Virus record (IMG/VR): IMGVR_UViG_3300026382_000273 | Strand: one strand, 5' to 3' | DNA: 64,000 nt | Source of the DNA: an uncultured virus (IMG/VR IMGVR_UViG_3300026382_000273) | Lineage: Duplodnaviria > Heunggongvirae > Uroviricota > Caudoviricetes | Shown here: in pieces, positions 51,670 through 62,494 of the stretch | Layout of the letters: each line of letters opens with the position of its first letter | Position numbering within the stretch: the stretch's first letter is position 1 | Notes under the pieces: model-generated | Told to the model about the DNA's origin: nothing | What the model saw: the letters and a program-made list of their open reading frames with translations, nothing else | The model's database searches: none | Made by a program: the position numbers and the translations under genes

Positions 51670-53040
51670 ATGCGAAAAATATTATTAATATTTTTTTTTA
51701 TATCATTTTCAATAGCAAAAACTTATACATTAATTTTAGCAACTTTAACTATTCCTTATAAAATTAAATATATTGCTAATAACATTATTAAAGATATAAA
51801 TAATACAAATAATTTAATTTTAAAAAATTATAAAGATAAATATTATATATTATTATATAAAACAAATAATAAAATTAAATATCAATATCTTTTAAAAAAA
51901 TATAAAGCTATACCAATTAAAAATCCTTTAGAGTTAAAAAATTATTTATTACTTAAAATATACAAAGGTTATAAAATAACAAAGACTGATTTAAAAGGAA
52001 CATTTATAAATGATTTATATGTATATCTACAACAAAAATATCCAAACACTGCCAAACAAAAACTTAATAAATATTTACAATGTTATAAAAATTTTAAAAT
52101 TTTAAAAAATAATTTACTAATAGTTCCACAAGGATGTAATTATATATTTCCTATAAAAGTAGAAAAACAATTAAAAACTGTTTCTTTTAAAAATAAAATA
52201 ATAAAAACTGATCCCAGATTTTTAGAAGATTTTAATAAAAATTATTTAATATATAATAAGAAAAAAAAAGAAAAAAGTTTTAAAAATAAAAAAATGAAAT
52301 TAACTTCTTTGCCATTTTTTGAAGTAAAAACAGTAAAAAATGTGCCATCAGAAAAAGTTAATAAATCAAAAGAGAAAACAAAACAATCAAAAATATGGTT
52401 AAAAAACAAAAAAAATATATCAAATATTCAATTTTTAAATAAAGAACAAAATAAAACAAATATTCAAAGAAAAAACAAAATAAAAGTCAAATTAGAAAAA
52501 CAAAAAGAAAAAGTGATATTAGATTTTAAAACTATTCCTTTTTTTGAAGATAATAAAACTAACAAAATTGTTATAACAAAAAGTCTTGAAAATAATAAAA
52601 CAATGAATATTATTGATAATCTAAGAACAATTAAAACAAAAAATCCTAAAAATAATAAAAAAATATCTCCTCCATTAACCAATATAGCAAAAAATAATAA
52701 AAAAACTAATATGGATAAAAACAATATTTATATTAAAAAATATAAAAAGAAAGAGAATACTTTAATTTTTTCAATAATTGGTATTATTCTTATATTATTT
52801 TCATTATTAATAAATGTATATTACAATAGACAAAAGAATAAAGAAAATTATTATAAAAATTTGGAAGATAAAAAAAATTTAAAAAATATTAATAATACTA
52901 TTATTATTCCAGAAATTTTACCAGAAGAAGAAATAAAACCAAATAATGAATATGAAAATATATTAAATAAAAGTATAAATCCTAAAAAATACAAATATAT
53001 AAAAAATGTAAAAACTATTAAGAAAATAGAAAATTCTTAA
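51670..53040 (+). CDS. Exported, membrane-anchored basic protein
   Basis: Signal peptide and one late hydrophobic helix (LIFSIIGIILILFSLLI). Confidence 0.7.
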   Translation: MRKILLIFFFISFSIAKTYTLILATLTIPYKIKYIANNIIKDINNTNNLILKNYKDKYYILLYKTNNKIKYQYLLKKYKAIPIKNPLELKNYLLLKIYKGYKITKTDLKGTFINDLYVYLQQKYPNTAKQKLNKYLQCYKNFKILKNNLLIVPQGCNYIFPIKVEKQLKTVSFKNKIIKTDPRFLEDFNKNYLIYNKKKKEKSFKNKKMKLTSLPFFEVKTVKNVPSEKVNKSKEKTKQSKIWLKNKKNISNIQFLNKEQNKTNIQRKNKIKVKLEKQKEKVILDFKTIPFFEDNKTNKIVITKSLENNKTMNIIDNLRTIKTKNPKNNKKISPPLTNIAKNNKKTNMDKNNIYIKKYKKKENTLIFSIIGIILILFSLLINVYYNRQKNKENYYKNLEDKKNLKNINNTIIIPEILPEEEIKPNNEYENILNKSINPKKYKYIKNVKTIKKIENS

Positions 53041-53094
53041 AAAATTTTCTTATTTTTATTTTTATTTAAAATTTATTAAAAAAGGATAACGATA

Positions 53095-54708
53095 ATGTTT
53101 GAATTAGAAATTTGCGGATTTAAAAAAATTTTGCAACCATTAAGAATTACAAATAGAAATACAGAAAAAATATTACAAAAATATCCTTATTTAAAAAATA
53201 TTATATATTTATTTTTGAAAAATGAAATTAATCTTCTCGGAGAATTATATAAAACAAAAATCAAGAATTTTAATAAAAATAAAATTTTTATTAATTTAAA
53301 ATTAGATAAATTTCATAAACAGTTAAAATATAATAATGAAAATACTTATGAAATTAGTGCAAATTTTAATTTTGATAATATTTCTGCAGAAGAAAAAAAA
53401 TTATTTAATTATATTTTAATTAATAGTATTTTATATAAAAATAAAGTTAATATTTTAGATTTAAAAAAAATCAAAATTTTTATTGAAAATATTAAAGAAG
53501 AAAAAAATAAAAATTTAAAAAAATTAAAAAACGAATATAAAGTTCTTAAGGAAAAAGCAAATAATTATTTACTTTTATTAAATGAAGTTAAATCTATTAA
53601 ATTATATGATACTAAAATAAAAATAACTAATAAAGAATATAAAAATAACATTAAAATGATAAATAATATTAAAAAAAGAATTTTATTTTTTATTGAAAAA
53701 ATAGAAAGTTATAATATTGAAAGTTTAGAAAATGAATTGGTTCAATATTTAAATAAAATAAATTTAAAATCAAAACCAATATATTTTACAGATAAAGAAA
53801 TTAATAAAATAAAAAAAATTAAAGATGAAATTTTAACTAATTATCCACATAAATTAGAAAAATGTTATTTAATTATAGATAATGAATTAAATAATATACT
53901 TAAAGAAAAATTAGCTAAATTTTTTAACAAAAAATTAAACACAAACCAAGAAATATTAAAATTATTTAATTATTTTGATATCTACGATTTTTCTGCATTA
54001 TATGAACTTTTTAAAGTTAAAGAAAATGAAAATAAAAGTGTTTTTAATAAAAATTTAATACAATTAAAACAACAATTACAAAACAATAATTTTATTATAT
54101 TTAATCATAATTCAAAAATAGAAGATTATAAAAATATAAAAGAAATTATAAATAAAATAATGAAATATCATAAATTAATAGATAATTTACATCTTGAAAT
54201 TGAAAAATATAATAAATTATGGGAAAAACAACAAGAATTTCTTGGAAAAATTAATGAAATTATAGTAAAATTGAACCTTAAAGAAAAAATTACTTTTGAA
54301 AATTTTGAAGAAAAATATTCTTTATTTAAAGAAAATTTTAAAGAATATACAGAATTACTAAAACAAATTATTAATAAAAGAAATAATAAATTAAAGTTAT
54401 TAAATAAACAAATAGAAAATATACAAATAGAGTTAGAAAAATTAGATAATATTACACTAGATAGTATAATTTTAAAACTTCCACATAATTATATTGTTGA
54501 TAATGAAACTTTATTTTTTATAGAAAATAATTATCAAATTCCTGTAGAAGAATTAGAAAGTATAGAAAATGAAATTTACAATAGCATTAAAAATTATAAT
54601 ATTCAGATAATTGAAAAAATAAATAAATATAAAGATATATATATCATGATTGAAATATTAGATAAAAAAATAAAAATTTTAAAGAAAAAGGATAATAATG
54701 ATAATTAA
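53095..54708 (+). CDS. Coiled-coil hypothetical protein
   Basis: 537 aa; overlaps the sigma gene start by 11 nt. Confidence 0.72.
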   Translation: MFELEICGFKKILQPLRITNRNTEKILQKYPYLKNIIYLFLKNEINLLGELYKTKIKNFNKNKIFINLKLDKFHKQLKYNNENTYEISANFNFDNISAEEKKLFNYILINSILYKNKVNILDLKKIKIFIENIKEEKNKNLKKLKNEYKVLKEKANNYLLLLNEVKSIKLYDTKIKITNKEYKNNIKMINNIKKRILFFIEKIESYNIESLENELVQYLNKINLKSKPIYFTDKEINKIKKIKDEILTNYPHKLEKCYLIIDNELNNILKEKLAKFFNKKLNTNQEILKLFNYFDIYDFSALYELFKVKENENKSVFNKNLIQLKQQLQNNNFIIFNHNSKIEDYKNIKEIINKIMKYHKLIDNLHLEIEKYNKLWEKQQEFLGKINEIIVKLNLKEKITFENFEEKYSLFKENFKEYTELLKQIINKRNNKLKLLNKQIENIQIELEKLDNITLDSIILKLPHNYIVDNETLFFIENNYQIPVEELESIENEIYNSIKNYNIQIIEKINKYKDIYIMIEILDKKIKILKKKDNNDN

Positions 54709-56257
54709 TAGTGAAAATTATAGCAATAAAATATATTTAGAACATTATAAACATATTGATAAGTTAGATAAATTAAAAAATAAAATATATTTAAAAAATT
54801 ATATATTGAGTGAAGAAGAACTCAAATATAAAGAAAAATTGCAAATGGAAGAAAATGAAAATGAAGATATCAATAATTTAGTAATTGATGAAGAAAAGGA
54901 ATTATTTGCTGATTATGATTTAAGTCAACAAAATATTTTATTGAAAGATACAGATGAAAAATTTTTATTAAAACAACTTAATATTTTAAAAACTGTAATA
55001 TTTTATGATTTGATTTTACCTAAAAAAATGTTTGAAGTTTTTAAAAAAGACATCGAAATGACTATTGAAATGAATAAAATAGCTGACGATAGGGATATAG
55101 AATTAAACGAAGAAGTAAAAGATGTGATAAAAAAATCTTTCTATATGATTTATTCAGAAGAAGATAAAAATAAAAAAAGAATATCTTACGAAGTAAAAAA
55201 TAAAATGCTTGATAAAGATCTCAAAAAAATTTTTAAAATTAGAAATTTATTATATCAAGAAACATTAAATGAAACACTAAATTACAATGAATACAAAAAA
55301 ATAATACAAAAACAATCGAGAATTATTGTTAATATTAATCCAACAACTTTTTATTATAAAGTTAAATTAAAAGAATTAAAAGAGCTTTATAAAAGAGGAG
55401 AAGTTGAAGATTTTGTAAATGATATATATATTAAAACAATAGAAATGAATATCGAAAGAATAAGAAAAATTATTGATATATTAGTTTTAATAAATATAAG
55501 ACTTGTAATAAATTTAGTAAAACAATATATGACAAAAGTTCCAAATAATTTAAATTTTAATGATATTAAAAATGAAGGAATATTAGGTTTTATACAAGCT
55601 ATTTATAAATTTAATCCATACTTGGATCAAAAACTATCAACATATGCCACATGGTGGATAAGACAAGCAATTATTTCGGAAATAAATAAATTTAGAAATA
55701 TAGTTCCTGTTCCTTTGTATTATTCAAAAATTATTAGACTAGCAGAAGAAGCAAAAGAAAAACTTTTATTAGATAAAATTGAACCAACTGATCAAAATAT
55801 CGTTAATTATCTAATTAAAAAAGGACATAACATTACATTAAAAAAATTACAAACTGCTAAATCATTTATTACAAATCAAAATCAAGTGAATATTAGTGGT
55901 CAAGATGAAACAGATGAAGGAGAAGATAAAAAAAATAATTTTGAAGATATTTTAAGTTATTTAATGCGTAATAATTCAATTGATACACAATTAGAAGAAG
56001 AGGAAGTAATTAATATATTAAAAGATATAATTGAAAACCAAGATATTTTAACTCCTAAAGAAAAACTTATTATAAAACAAAGATTACCTTTATTTACAGA
56101 TGAACCTAAAACATTGGAAGAAATAGGTAAAAAAATGAATAGAACAAAAGAAAGAGTTAGGCAATTAGAAACTGACGCTTTTAATAAAATCAAAAAAATA
56201 TTACCTTTATATTATGAAGATTTAAATATAAATTTAAATGATTTAGAAGAAATTTAA
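54698..56257 (+). CDS. RpoD-like sigma-70 factor
   Basis: Region 2 (NIRLVINLVKQY, EGILGFIQAIYKF, STYATWWIRQAI); region 4 (TLEEIGKKMNRTKERVRQLE). Confidence 0.92.
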   Translation: MIINSENYSNKIYLEHYKHIDKLDKLKNKIYLKNYILSEEELKYKEKLQMEENENEDINNLVIDEEKELFADYDLSQQNILLKDTDEKFLLKQLNILKTVIFYDLILPKKMFEVFKKDIEMTIEMNKIADDRDIELNEEVKDVIKKSFYMIYSEEDKNKKRISYEVKNKMLDKDLKKIFKIRNLLYQETLNETLNYNEYKKIIQKQSRIIVNINPTTFYYKVKLKELKELYKRGEVEDFVNDIYIKTIEMNIERIRKIIDILVLINIRLVINLVKQYMTKVPNNLNFNDIKNEGILGFIQAIYKFNPYLDQKLSTYATWWIRQAIISEINKFRNIVPVPLYYSKIIRLAEEAKEKLLLDKIEPTDQNIVNYLIKKGHNITLKKLQTAKSFITNQNQVNISGQDETDEGEDKKNNFEDILSYLMRNNSIDTQLEEEEVINILKDIIENQDILTPKEKLIIKQRLPLFTDEPKTLEEIGKKMNRTKERVRQLETDAFNKIKKILPLYYEDLNINLNDLEEI

Positions 56258-56295
56258 TAAAATTATTATATAAAAAAAGATAAAGGATAAAAAAT

Positions 56296-57276
56296 ATGAA
56301 ACATTTTTATGGAAGTTTTATTATTGCTATTATAGGAATAGGAATAGCATTTTTTATAGGTGGTTTAGAAGCGGCATATATAACATTTTTATTAAGTTTG
56401 TTAGAGGTGTCTTTATCTTTTGATAATGCGGTTGTAAATGCAAAAGTATTAAAAGATATGTCGCCTAAATGGCAACATAGATTTTTAACATGGGGAATGG
56501 TTATAGCAGTATTCGGAATGCGATTTTTGTTTCCGATATTAATCGTAATGGTTGTTAGTGGTTTAGGATTAATTGATACTGTACAGTTAGCTTTAAAAGA
56601 ACCTTTAAAATATTCTGAAATTTTATCCACGCATGAAAATTTAATTTATGCATTTGGTGCAAGTTTCTTATTAATGGTATTTTGGGAATTTCTTTTTGAT
56701 GAAGAAAAAGAAGTTAATTGGATTAAACCATTAGAAGATAATATTGTCACCAACAAATTAAAACAAATAGAAAATATAGGATTAATAATTACAATAAGTA
56801 TTGGAATTTATTTAACATATTTACTTCAAGATTACAAAATTGCAATTGCTTTCTTTCTAGGGATGTTAATTAATGCTTTATTAAATAGTCTGGACGGAGT
56901 ATTTAATACTAATGGGGTTAGAAATGGTTTAATGGGATTAATCTATCTTGAAGTGTTAGATGCAAGTTTTAGTTTTGATGGCGTTATTGGAGCATTTGCT
57001 ATATCAACTGATGTAATTATTATTATGTTAGGATTAGGTATTGGAGCTATGTTCGTGCGAAGTTTGACATTGTATCTAGTTGAAAAAGGAACTTTGTCAG
57101 AATATAAATATTTAGAGCATGGGGCACATTATGCTATTTTAGTATTAGCTTTAATTATGATATTAAATATTCATTGGACACATGTTAGTGATATAGTAAC
57201 AGGAACAATTGGAATTGCTTTAATTGGTATAGCATTCTTACATTCATATATTGAAAATAAAAGGGATAAAGCTTAA
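56296..57276 (+). CDS. DUF475 (TerC-like) integral membrane protein
   Basis: LEVSLSFDNAVVNA, YLEVLDASFSFDGVIGAFA, YLEHGAHYAI. Confidence 0.92.
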   Translation: MKHFYGSFIIAIIGIGIAFFIGGLEAAYITFLLSLLEVSLSFDNAVVNAKVLKDMSPKWQHRFLTWGMVIAVFGMRFLFPILIVMVVSGLGLIDTVQLALKEPLKYSEILSTHENLIYAFGASFLLMVFWEFLFDEEKEVNWIKPLEDNIVTNKLKQIENIGLIITISIGIYLTYLLQDYKIAIAFFLGMLINALLNSLDGVFNTNGVRNGLMGLIYLEVLDASFSFDGVIGAFAISTDVIIIMLGLGIGAMFVRSLTLYLVEKGTLSEYKYLEHGAHYAILVLALIMILNIHWTHVSDIVTGTIGIALIGIAFLHSYIENKRDKA

Positions 57277-57326
57277 TTTGAATTAATATTAAAAATATGA
57301 TATTATTTTAATAAAAAAGGATTTTT

Positions 57327-57881
57327 ATGAAACAAATAGAAATTATGATAATTAATACAGGTGGAACTTTTTCAAAAGAATATAATAAAAAAACTGGAAA
57401 ATTAGAAGTTAATTGTAGTAAATTAAATAGTTATTATCCTTCAAAACATTCAAATTTATTAATTGAAGATTTAATTCTAAATTTAAATCTTTCTCCTTCA
57501 TTAAAAATATCAATAACAAGTATTATTTGTAAAGATTCATTAGATATAACAAAAAAAGATAGAGAAAAACTTTTAGATTTAATAAAACAAATGAAAAACA
57601 AAGAAAGAATACTTATTATACATGGAACAGATACTATTGATAAAACTGCAGAATTTTTAAATAAATATATAAAAAATAAAAAAATTGTATTAACTGGTTC
57701 AATGTATCCTTATAGAATAAATCCTATTGAAGCTGGAGCTAATTTTGCAAGTGCTATTACCACTTTACAACTTATTCAAGAAAATGGAATATATATAGCT
57801 ATTGATGGTATTGTTGAAAAATTTAAAAACATTAAAAAAGATAAAGAAAAAGCATATTTTTATTTAAAAGAAAAAAATTAA
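57327..57881 (+). CDS. Asparaginase-family protein, N-terminal domain only
   Basis: NTGGT, KDS, HGTDT, VLTGS motifs. Confidence 0.85.
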   Translation: MKQIEIMIINTGGTFSKEYNKKTGKLEVNCSKLNSYYPSKHSNLLIEDLILNLNLSPSLKISITSIICKDSLDITKKDREKLLDLIKQMKNKERILIIHGTDTIDKTAEFLNKYIKNKKIVLTGSMYPYRINPIEAGANFASAITTLQLIQENGIYIAIDGIVEKFKNIKKDKEKAYFYLKEKN

Positions 57882-57885
57882 AAAA

Positions 57886-58293
57886 TTAATAAACTAAATT
57901 AAAAATTGTTCTTTTTCTTATAAAAAAATGTAAAACATATTTTATATATCCTATTTTTTTTACTTTACGATTAATTTCTTTTTTTAATAAAATTTTAAGA
58001 TTTTCTATATCATTTTTGTTAAGATTAAACCATTCTGTTCTTCCATCATGATATGGAATATTATTAGGATTAATATGTTTATTCCTAAATAATTGATGTA
58101 AAGCACTTTCTAATTCTAATGCTTCTTGTTCAGTTTTACATTTAATATAAAAACTATCTTTATAATCAATTTTTAAAAAAGTTAAAAATCCAACTATTTG
58201 TAAAAATCTTCTAAAAAAGTTATTACTTTTTCCTATTTTATAAAATCCTTTTTTTTTATCTTTAATTATATAAACATAACTATTATTGAACAT
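57886..58293 (-). CDS. GIY-YIG (T5orf172/Mug113-like) nuclease
   Basis: YVYII..YKIGKS, LESALH, GRTEWF. Confidence 0.8.
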   Translation of the reverse strand: MFNNSYVYIIKDKKKGFYKIGKSNNFFRRFLQIVGFLTFLKIDYKDSFYIKCKTEQEALELESALHQLFRNKHINPNNIPYHDGRTEWFNLNKNDIENLKILLKKEINRKVKKIGYIKYVLHFFIRKRTIFNLVY

Positions 58294-58424
58294 AAAAACT
58301 CCTTTCTTTTTTTTATTATATCAAATTAAACTTAAAAATAACTTAAAAATTGCGATATTATTACTATTTTAACTATTTTTAATTTTAAAAGTTATTTTTT
58401 AAAATAAAATAAAAAGGTTAGAAT

Positions 58425-61400
58425 ATGTATATAAAAAGGAATATTAGTATAATATTGTCAATATTTATAATGACTACAACATTTTCAGGTTGTGGGGGAA
58501 GTGGCACAAGTGATGGTTCTAATATTGCAATAATTAATGGACAAGTTATTGATGGACCTGTAAAAGAAGTTAAAGTTTGTATAGATGGAAATTTCAACAA
58601 AGTTTGTGATAGTACAGAGCCTTTTGATATTACAGATAGTAAAGGTAAATTCAATATCACTTATAATAAAAGAAAAATATCGCTAGTAGCACCTTTAATA
58701 GCAGAACCTATCATAAATAAAAGTATGGATACTTATACAAATAAATATTTTATTAAAAGTTTAAGTGCATATAGGTTAGGAAATGAAAATTTTATATATA
58801 TAACAGATTTATCTGATATAGTTGCAAAAGAAATATATTATATAAAAGAAAACGATCCAACTACAATACTAACTTCAATTGCTATTGCTAATCTTAACAA
58901 TATATATTCAAAGAATATTTTTGGTCATATTGTACGATTAAATCAATATAATCCTTTAAAAAATAAAGATAATTTAGTTTTTTTCCATTTTTTCGAAAAA
59001 CTTAAAAATAATAAAAAAATAGATAATATTAAACTTTTAAATAATAAATTAAGTGATTTATTAGATGAAAATACAACTGCTTATTATAATGATTTAAAAA
59101 ATAAAATAAGTAATGGAAATATTAAATCTGTAAAAGATTTACAAATAGCTTTAAAATTAAATAATGAGAATTTATTAAATAAAATTTTAAATGGTGATAT
59201 ATTAACAGATAAAGATATTATTACTGGAATTTTATTAAATATTAATGATAAACAAAAATTAGATATTAATTCAACTTTAATAAATAATATAGCAAAACAA
59301 TTAGCGAATAGTGATGTAAATATTAATAATTTAGATAAAAATAATAGTATTCCTATATTTACTAAAAATGGTGTAATACCTTTAGGTGAAGTATTTTCAA
59401 CATATAAAAATGATGATAATCAAATAGTAATGGAAGGAAAAATTCCTTTTAACAATTATTTAACTGAAAATAAAACATATTATGTATCTTTTAATAATGG
59501 ATTACCTTTAAACATTACTAATTCTGCTTCTGTATTATTAGATGGAAAAAATATAGGACTTTCATTTGCCAATTCATATATAAACGATGATAATATTGCT
59601 AAATATTATATTTTAAAGAATGGTGAAGTTGTTATAAAAGATAATGATAATAATATTTTTCTTATTGATCAAAATGGAAATAAATTTTTTTTAAAAAATT
59701 ATAATATTAATGGCTATAATATTACATTAACAGATAAAAATAATAATACTATTACCTATGAACTATCTAATAATTCTGTTAATAATGAATTGTTTAAAGA
59801 AGGTATTAAATATACTAAATATTATTTAAAAAATGATGAAATTTTAATCAAAGATAATCTTGATAATTCTTATATTTTATATAATCCAAATACAAATCAA
59901 ATATCTTCTATATCAAATGTTTCATTTGATAGTATAGGTAATGTTGTAATAGATGACGTTTCTTACAGTCTTCAAAATAATATTTTAAATTATCAAGTAT
60001 CCTCAATATATATAACTAATGATGGAAGTACTTTTATTGTTAAAAATAATAAAGTTAAATATATAAAATCTGATGGAACAGTTATAAATATTCCTGTAAA
60101 TAATTTTACAGTTAGTGATGGAAGTATTAATATATCAATAAATGGAAATAAAGAAACTTTTATTATAAATAAAACAAAAACAGAAGCTATTACAAGTCTA
60201 AATCCAATTTCATTTAATAAATTTATTAAATTATCCGATGGAAATTATTTAATAGATAATAATGAAGGTAAATATATAATTTCGGATAATGAAATAATTC
60301 CATTATCTTCATATACTTATGATTCGATAAATAATAATATCGATTATACCATTATTTCAAAAGGATTAACTGATACTATTTTAGGACAAACAAAAAAATT
60401 AAATGATCTTAATAACAATGAAGAAATTAAAAATTTATATTTAACAATAAATGATAATATAATTACTTCAACAAATGCTAATAATGATTATTTAATAGAT
60501 ACAGATAGTAATCAAACTTCATTATCCTCATATACCATTGATGGAAATATAATAACATATACAATAGATGGAACTTCTAATGAAGAAAATTTAAGTTCAA
60601 TTAATTCAACTATTCAAAATTTACTTACTGATAATGGAACTATTAAAAAAATATATATTTTATCTAATAAAATTTTACTTGAATTTAACAATGGAACAAA
60701 CTATTTAATAAATAAAAATTCTGGTATTTCATATAAGGTTAATAATATTAGTGAAAATTTACCTAATTTAAGTTGTGATATTATTTCTAACAATACTAAC
60801 AGTACTAAAATATCTTTAAATTTAATTGATCAAATGAAAGATGAAAAAAATATATTAGATACTATTAAATTAGATAATAATGATATTATTGTAATTTTAA
60901 ATAATGGAAAAACACTATTATATAATTCAGAAAATAATATTTATACTGAAATTTCTGATTTAATACTAAAAGGAAATACAGTTTCTTATAAAAAGAAAAA
61001 TGGAGCTGTAGTTACAAAAAATGTAATAGATAATCTGAATAATATATTATCTAATAATAATATTGAAACAACATTATTAGCAGATGGAAGTATTTTATAT
61101 AAAACTTTAAATAATTATATTTTAGTTGATAATAATGGTAATATTAATACTTATAATAAAAATAATGTTAGTTTTAATAAAAATAAAACTGTTTCATATC
61201 AATATACAGATACTAATGGAATAGTTCATACAATTGTTGGAACTTGGAATATAGATGATAATGGCAATCTTATTGTTTCAGATCCTGAAACAAATAAAAC
61301 ATTACTAAATATAGGACTATCAGGTAATAATAGTAATTTAGAAATAAAAGTTAAAAACTTAAAAACTAATGAAACTAAGTTAGGAACAGTAACATTAGCT

Positions 61401-62486
61401 GATAATTTACAAACAACAGTTACAGATACTTCACAAGCAATAACTTTTGTAAAAAATAAAATTTTACCTTTTAATATTTCTGATTTATTAGGTAAATCTT
61501 ATACAAAACAATCAACTAGTAATACTATTAATTTTAATAATAACGGTATAGCAACAGAAGTAATAGACAAAGTTGGTATAATTCCTTATTATTATAAAAT
61601 AGATAATAATGTTTTAATTTTAACTAATATGTATGACCCTAATGAAATAATATATTATATACCGGTAAAATTGATTGAGGGAAAACATTATAAATTTAAT
61701 ATAGTAAAAACAAAAAATAATAAAGTTATTAAAAATTATAAAGATGTATTAATCAAAGTATTAGATGATAAATATGCTCCTTATATAAATTCATTTATAC
61801 AGTCAGCACAATTTACTCCTCAAGCAGTTGATTATAATAATAAAACATTTTATTTTGCAGATGGAAGTTATTATTATTTAACAAATAATAACATTGTATT
61901 ATCTAATACTTTTAATAATATAGGTTTATGGGTTTATAAAAATAATGTTTTATATCTTTCTAATATGATTAATAAAAAATTTGAATTAGGACAAAAATAT
62001 TCAAATGGTCCTATTCATACTATGCAATTATTAGATTTAGTAAATTCTATATGGGCAGAAAGAAAAATCTTTATAGTAAATGGAAAACCAGAACAAATAA
62101 TTAATAACACAACAGATGCTAAAAATTATATAACAGATAATTATATAGCACCAGATCTTACCAATTCTAATATTACTTTTACATTTAATTCTGCTTTCCC
62201 TAATAAACTTGATATTTATAGAATTACGACTTATACTTATTATAATGAAACAACCGGGGAATATACAGATACAATGATTTATATTTATGGTAAAAATGGT
62301 TTAATAACTTCTGGAGTTTTAAATAATTATTATAATAACGGCGTTATTTATGTAAATGGTTATTATATAATGTTTACAAAGCTTGAATGGAATAAAGTTG
62401 AAGCTAATATTATAAAAGTTGACAGTAATAAAAAAGTTGTAAATGTTTATAAAGCAAATGGAAGTATTTATTATAATGAATATTAA
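58425..62486 (+). CDS. Large Asn-rich surface lipoprotein
   Basis: Lipobox FSGC (Cys23) followed by GGSG; DGPV..VCIDGNFNKVCD..EP motif; internal beta-rich repeats. Confidence 0.8.
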   Translation: MYIKRNISIILSIFIMTTTFSGCGGSGTSDGSNIAIINGQVIDGPVKEVKVCIDGNFNKVCDSTEPFDITDSKGKFNITYNKRKISLVAPLIAEPIINKSMDTYTNKYFIKSLSAYRLGNENFIYITDLSDIVAKEIYYIKENDPTTILTSIAIANLNNIYSKNIFGHIVRLNQYNPLKNKDNLVFFHFFEKLKNNKKIDNIKLLNNKLSDLLDENTTAYYNDLKNKISNGNIKSVKDLQIALKLNNENLLNKILNGDILTDKDIITGILLNINDKQKLDINSTLINNIAKQLANSDVNINNLDKNNSIPIFTKNGVIPLGEVFSTYKNDDNQIVMEGKIPFNNYLTENKTYYVSFNNGLPLNITNSASVLLDGKNIGLSFANSYINDDNIAKYYILKNGEVVIKDNDNNIFLIDQNGNKFFLKNYNINGYNITLTDKNNNTITYELSNNSVNNELFKEGIKYTKYYLKNDEILIKDNLDNSYILYNPNTNQISSISNVSFDSIGNVVIDDVSYSLQNNILNYQVSSIYITNDGSTFIVKNNKVKYIKSDGTVINIPVNNFTVSDGSINISINGNKETFIINKTKTEAITSLNPISFNKFIKLSDGNYLIDNNEGKYIISDNEIIPLSSYTYDSINNNIDYTIISKGLTDTILGQTKKLNDLNNNEEIKNLYLTINDNIITSTNANNDYLIDTDSNQTSLSSYTIDGNIITYTIDGTSNEENLSSINSTIQNLLTDNGTIKKIYILSNKILLEFNNGTNYLINKNSGISYKVNNISENLPNLSCDIISNNTNSTKISLNLIDQMKDEKNILDTIKLDNNDIIVILNNGKTLLYNSENNIYTEISDLILKGNTVSYKKKNGAVVTKNVIDNLNNILSNNNIETTLLADGSILYKTLNNYILVDNNGNINTYNKNNVSFNKNKTVSYQYTDTNGIVHTIVGTWNIDDNGNLIVSDPETNKTLLNIGLSGNNSNLEIKVKNLKTNETKLGTVTLADNLQTTVTDTSQAITFVKNKILPFNISDLLGKSYTKQSTSNTINFNNNGIATEVIDKVGIIPYYYKIDNNVLILTNMYDPNEIIYYIPVKLIEGKHYKFNIVKTKNNKVIKNYKDVLIKVLDDKYAPYINSFIQSAQFTPQAVDYNNKTFYFADGSYYYLTNNNIVLSNTFNNIGLWVYKNNVLYLSNMINKKFELGQKYSNGPIHTMQLLDLVNSIWAERKIFIVNGKPEQIINNTTDAKNYITDNYIAPDLTNSNITFTFNSAFPNKLDIYRITTYTYYNETTGEYTDTMIYIYGKNGLITSGVLNNYYNNGVIYVNGYYIMFTKLEWNKVEANIIKVDSNKKVVNVYKANGSIYYNEY

Positions 62487-62494
62487 ATTTTAAG

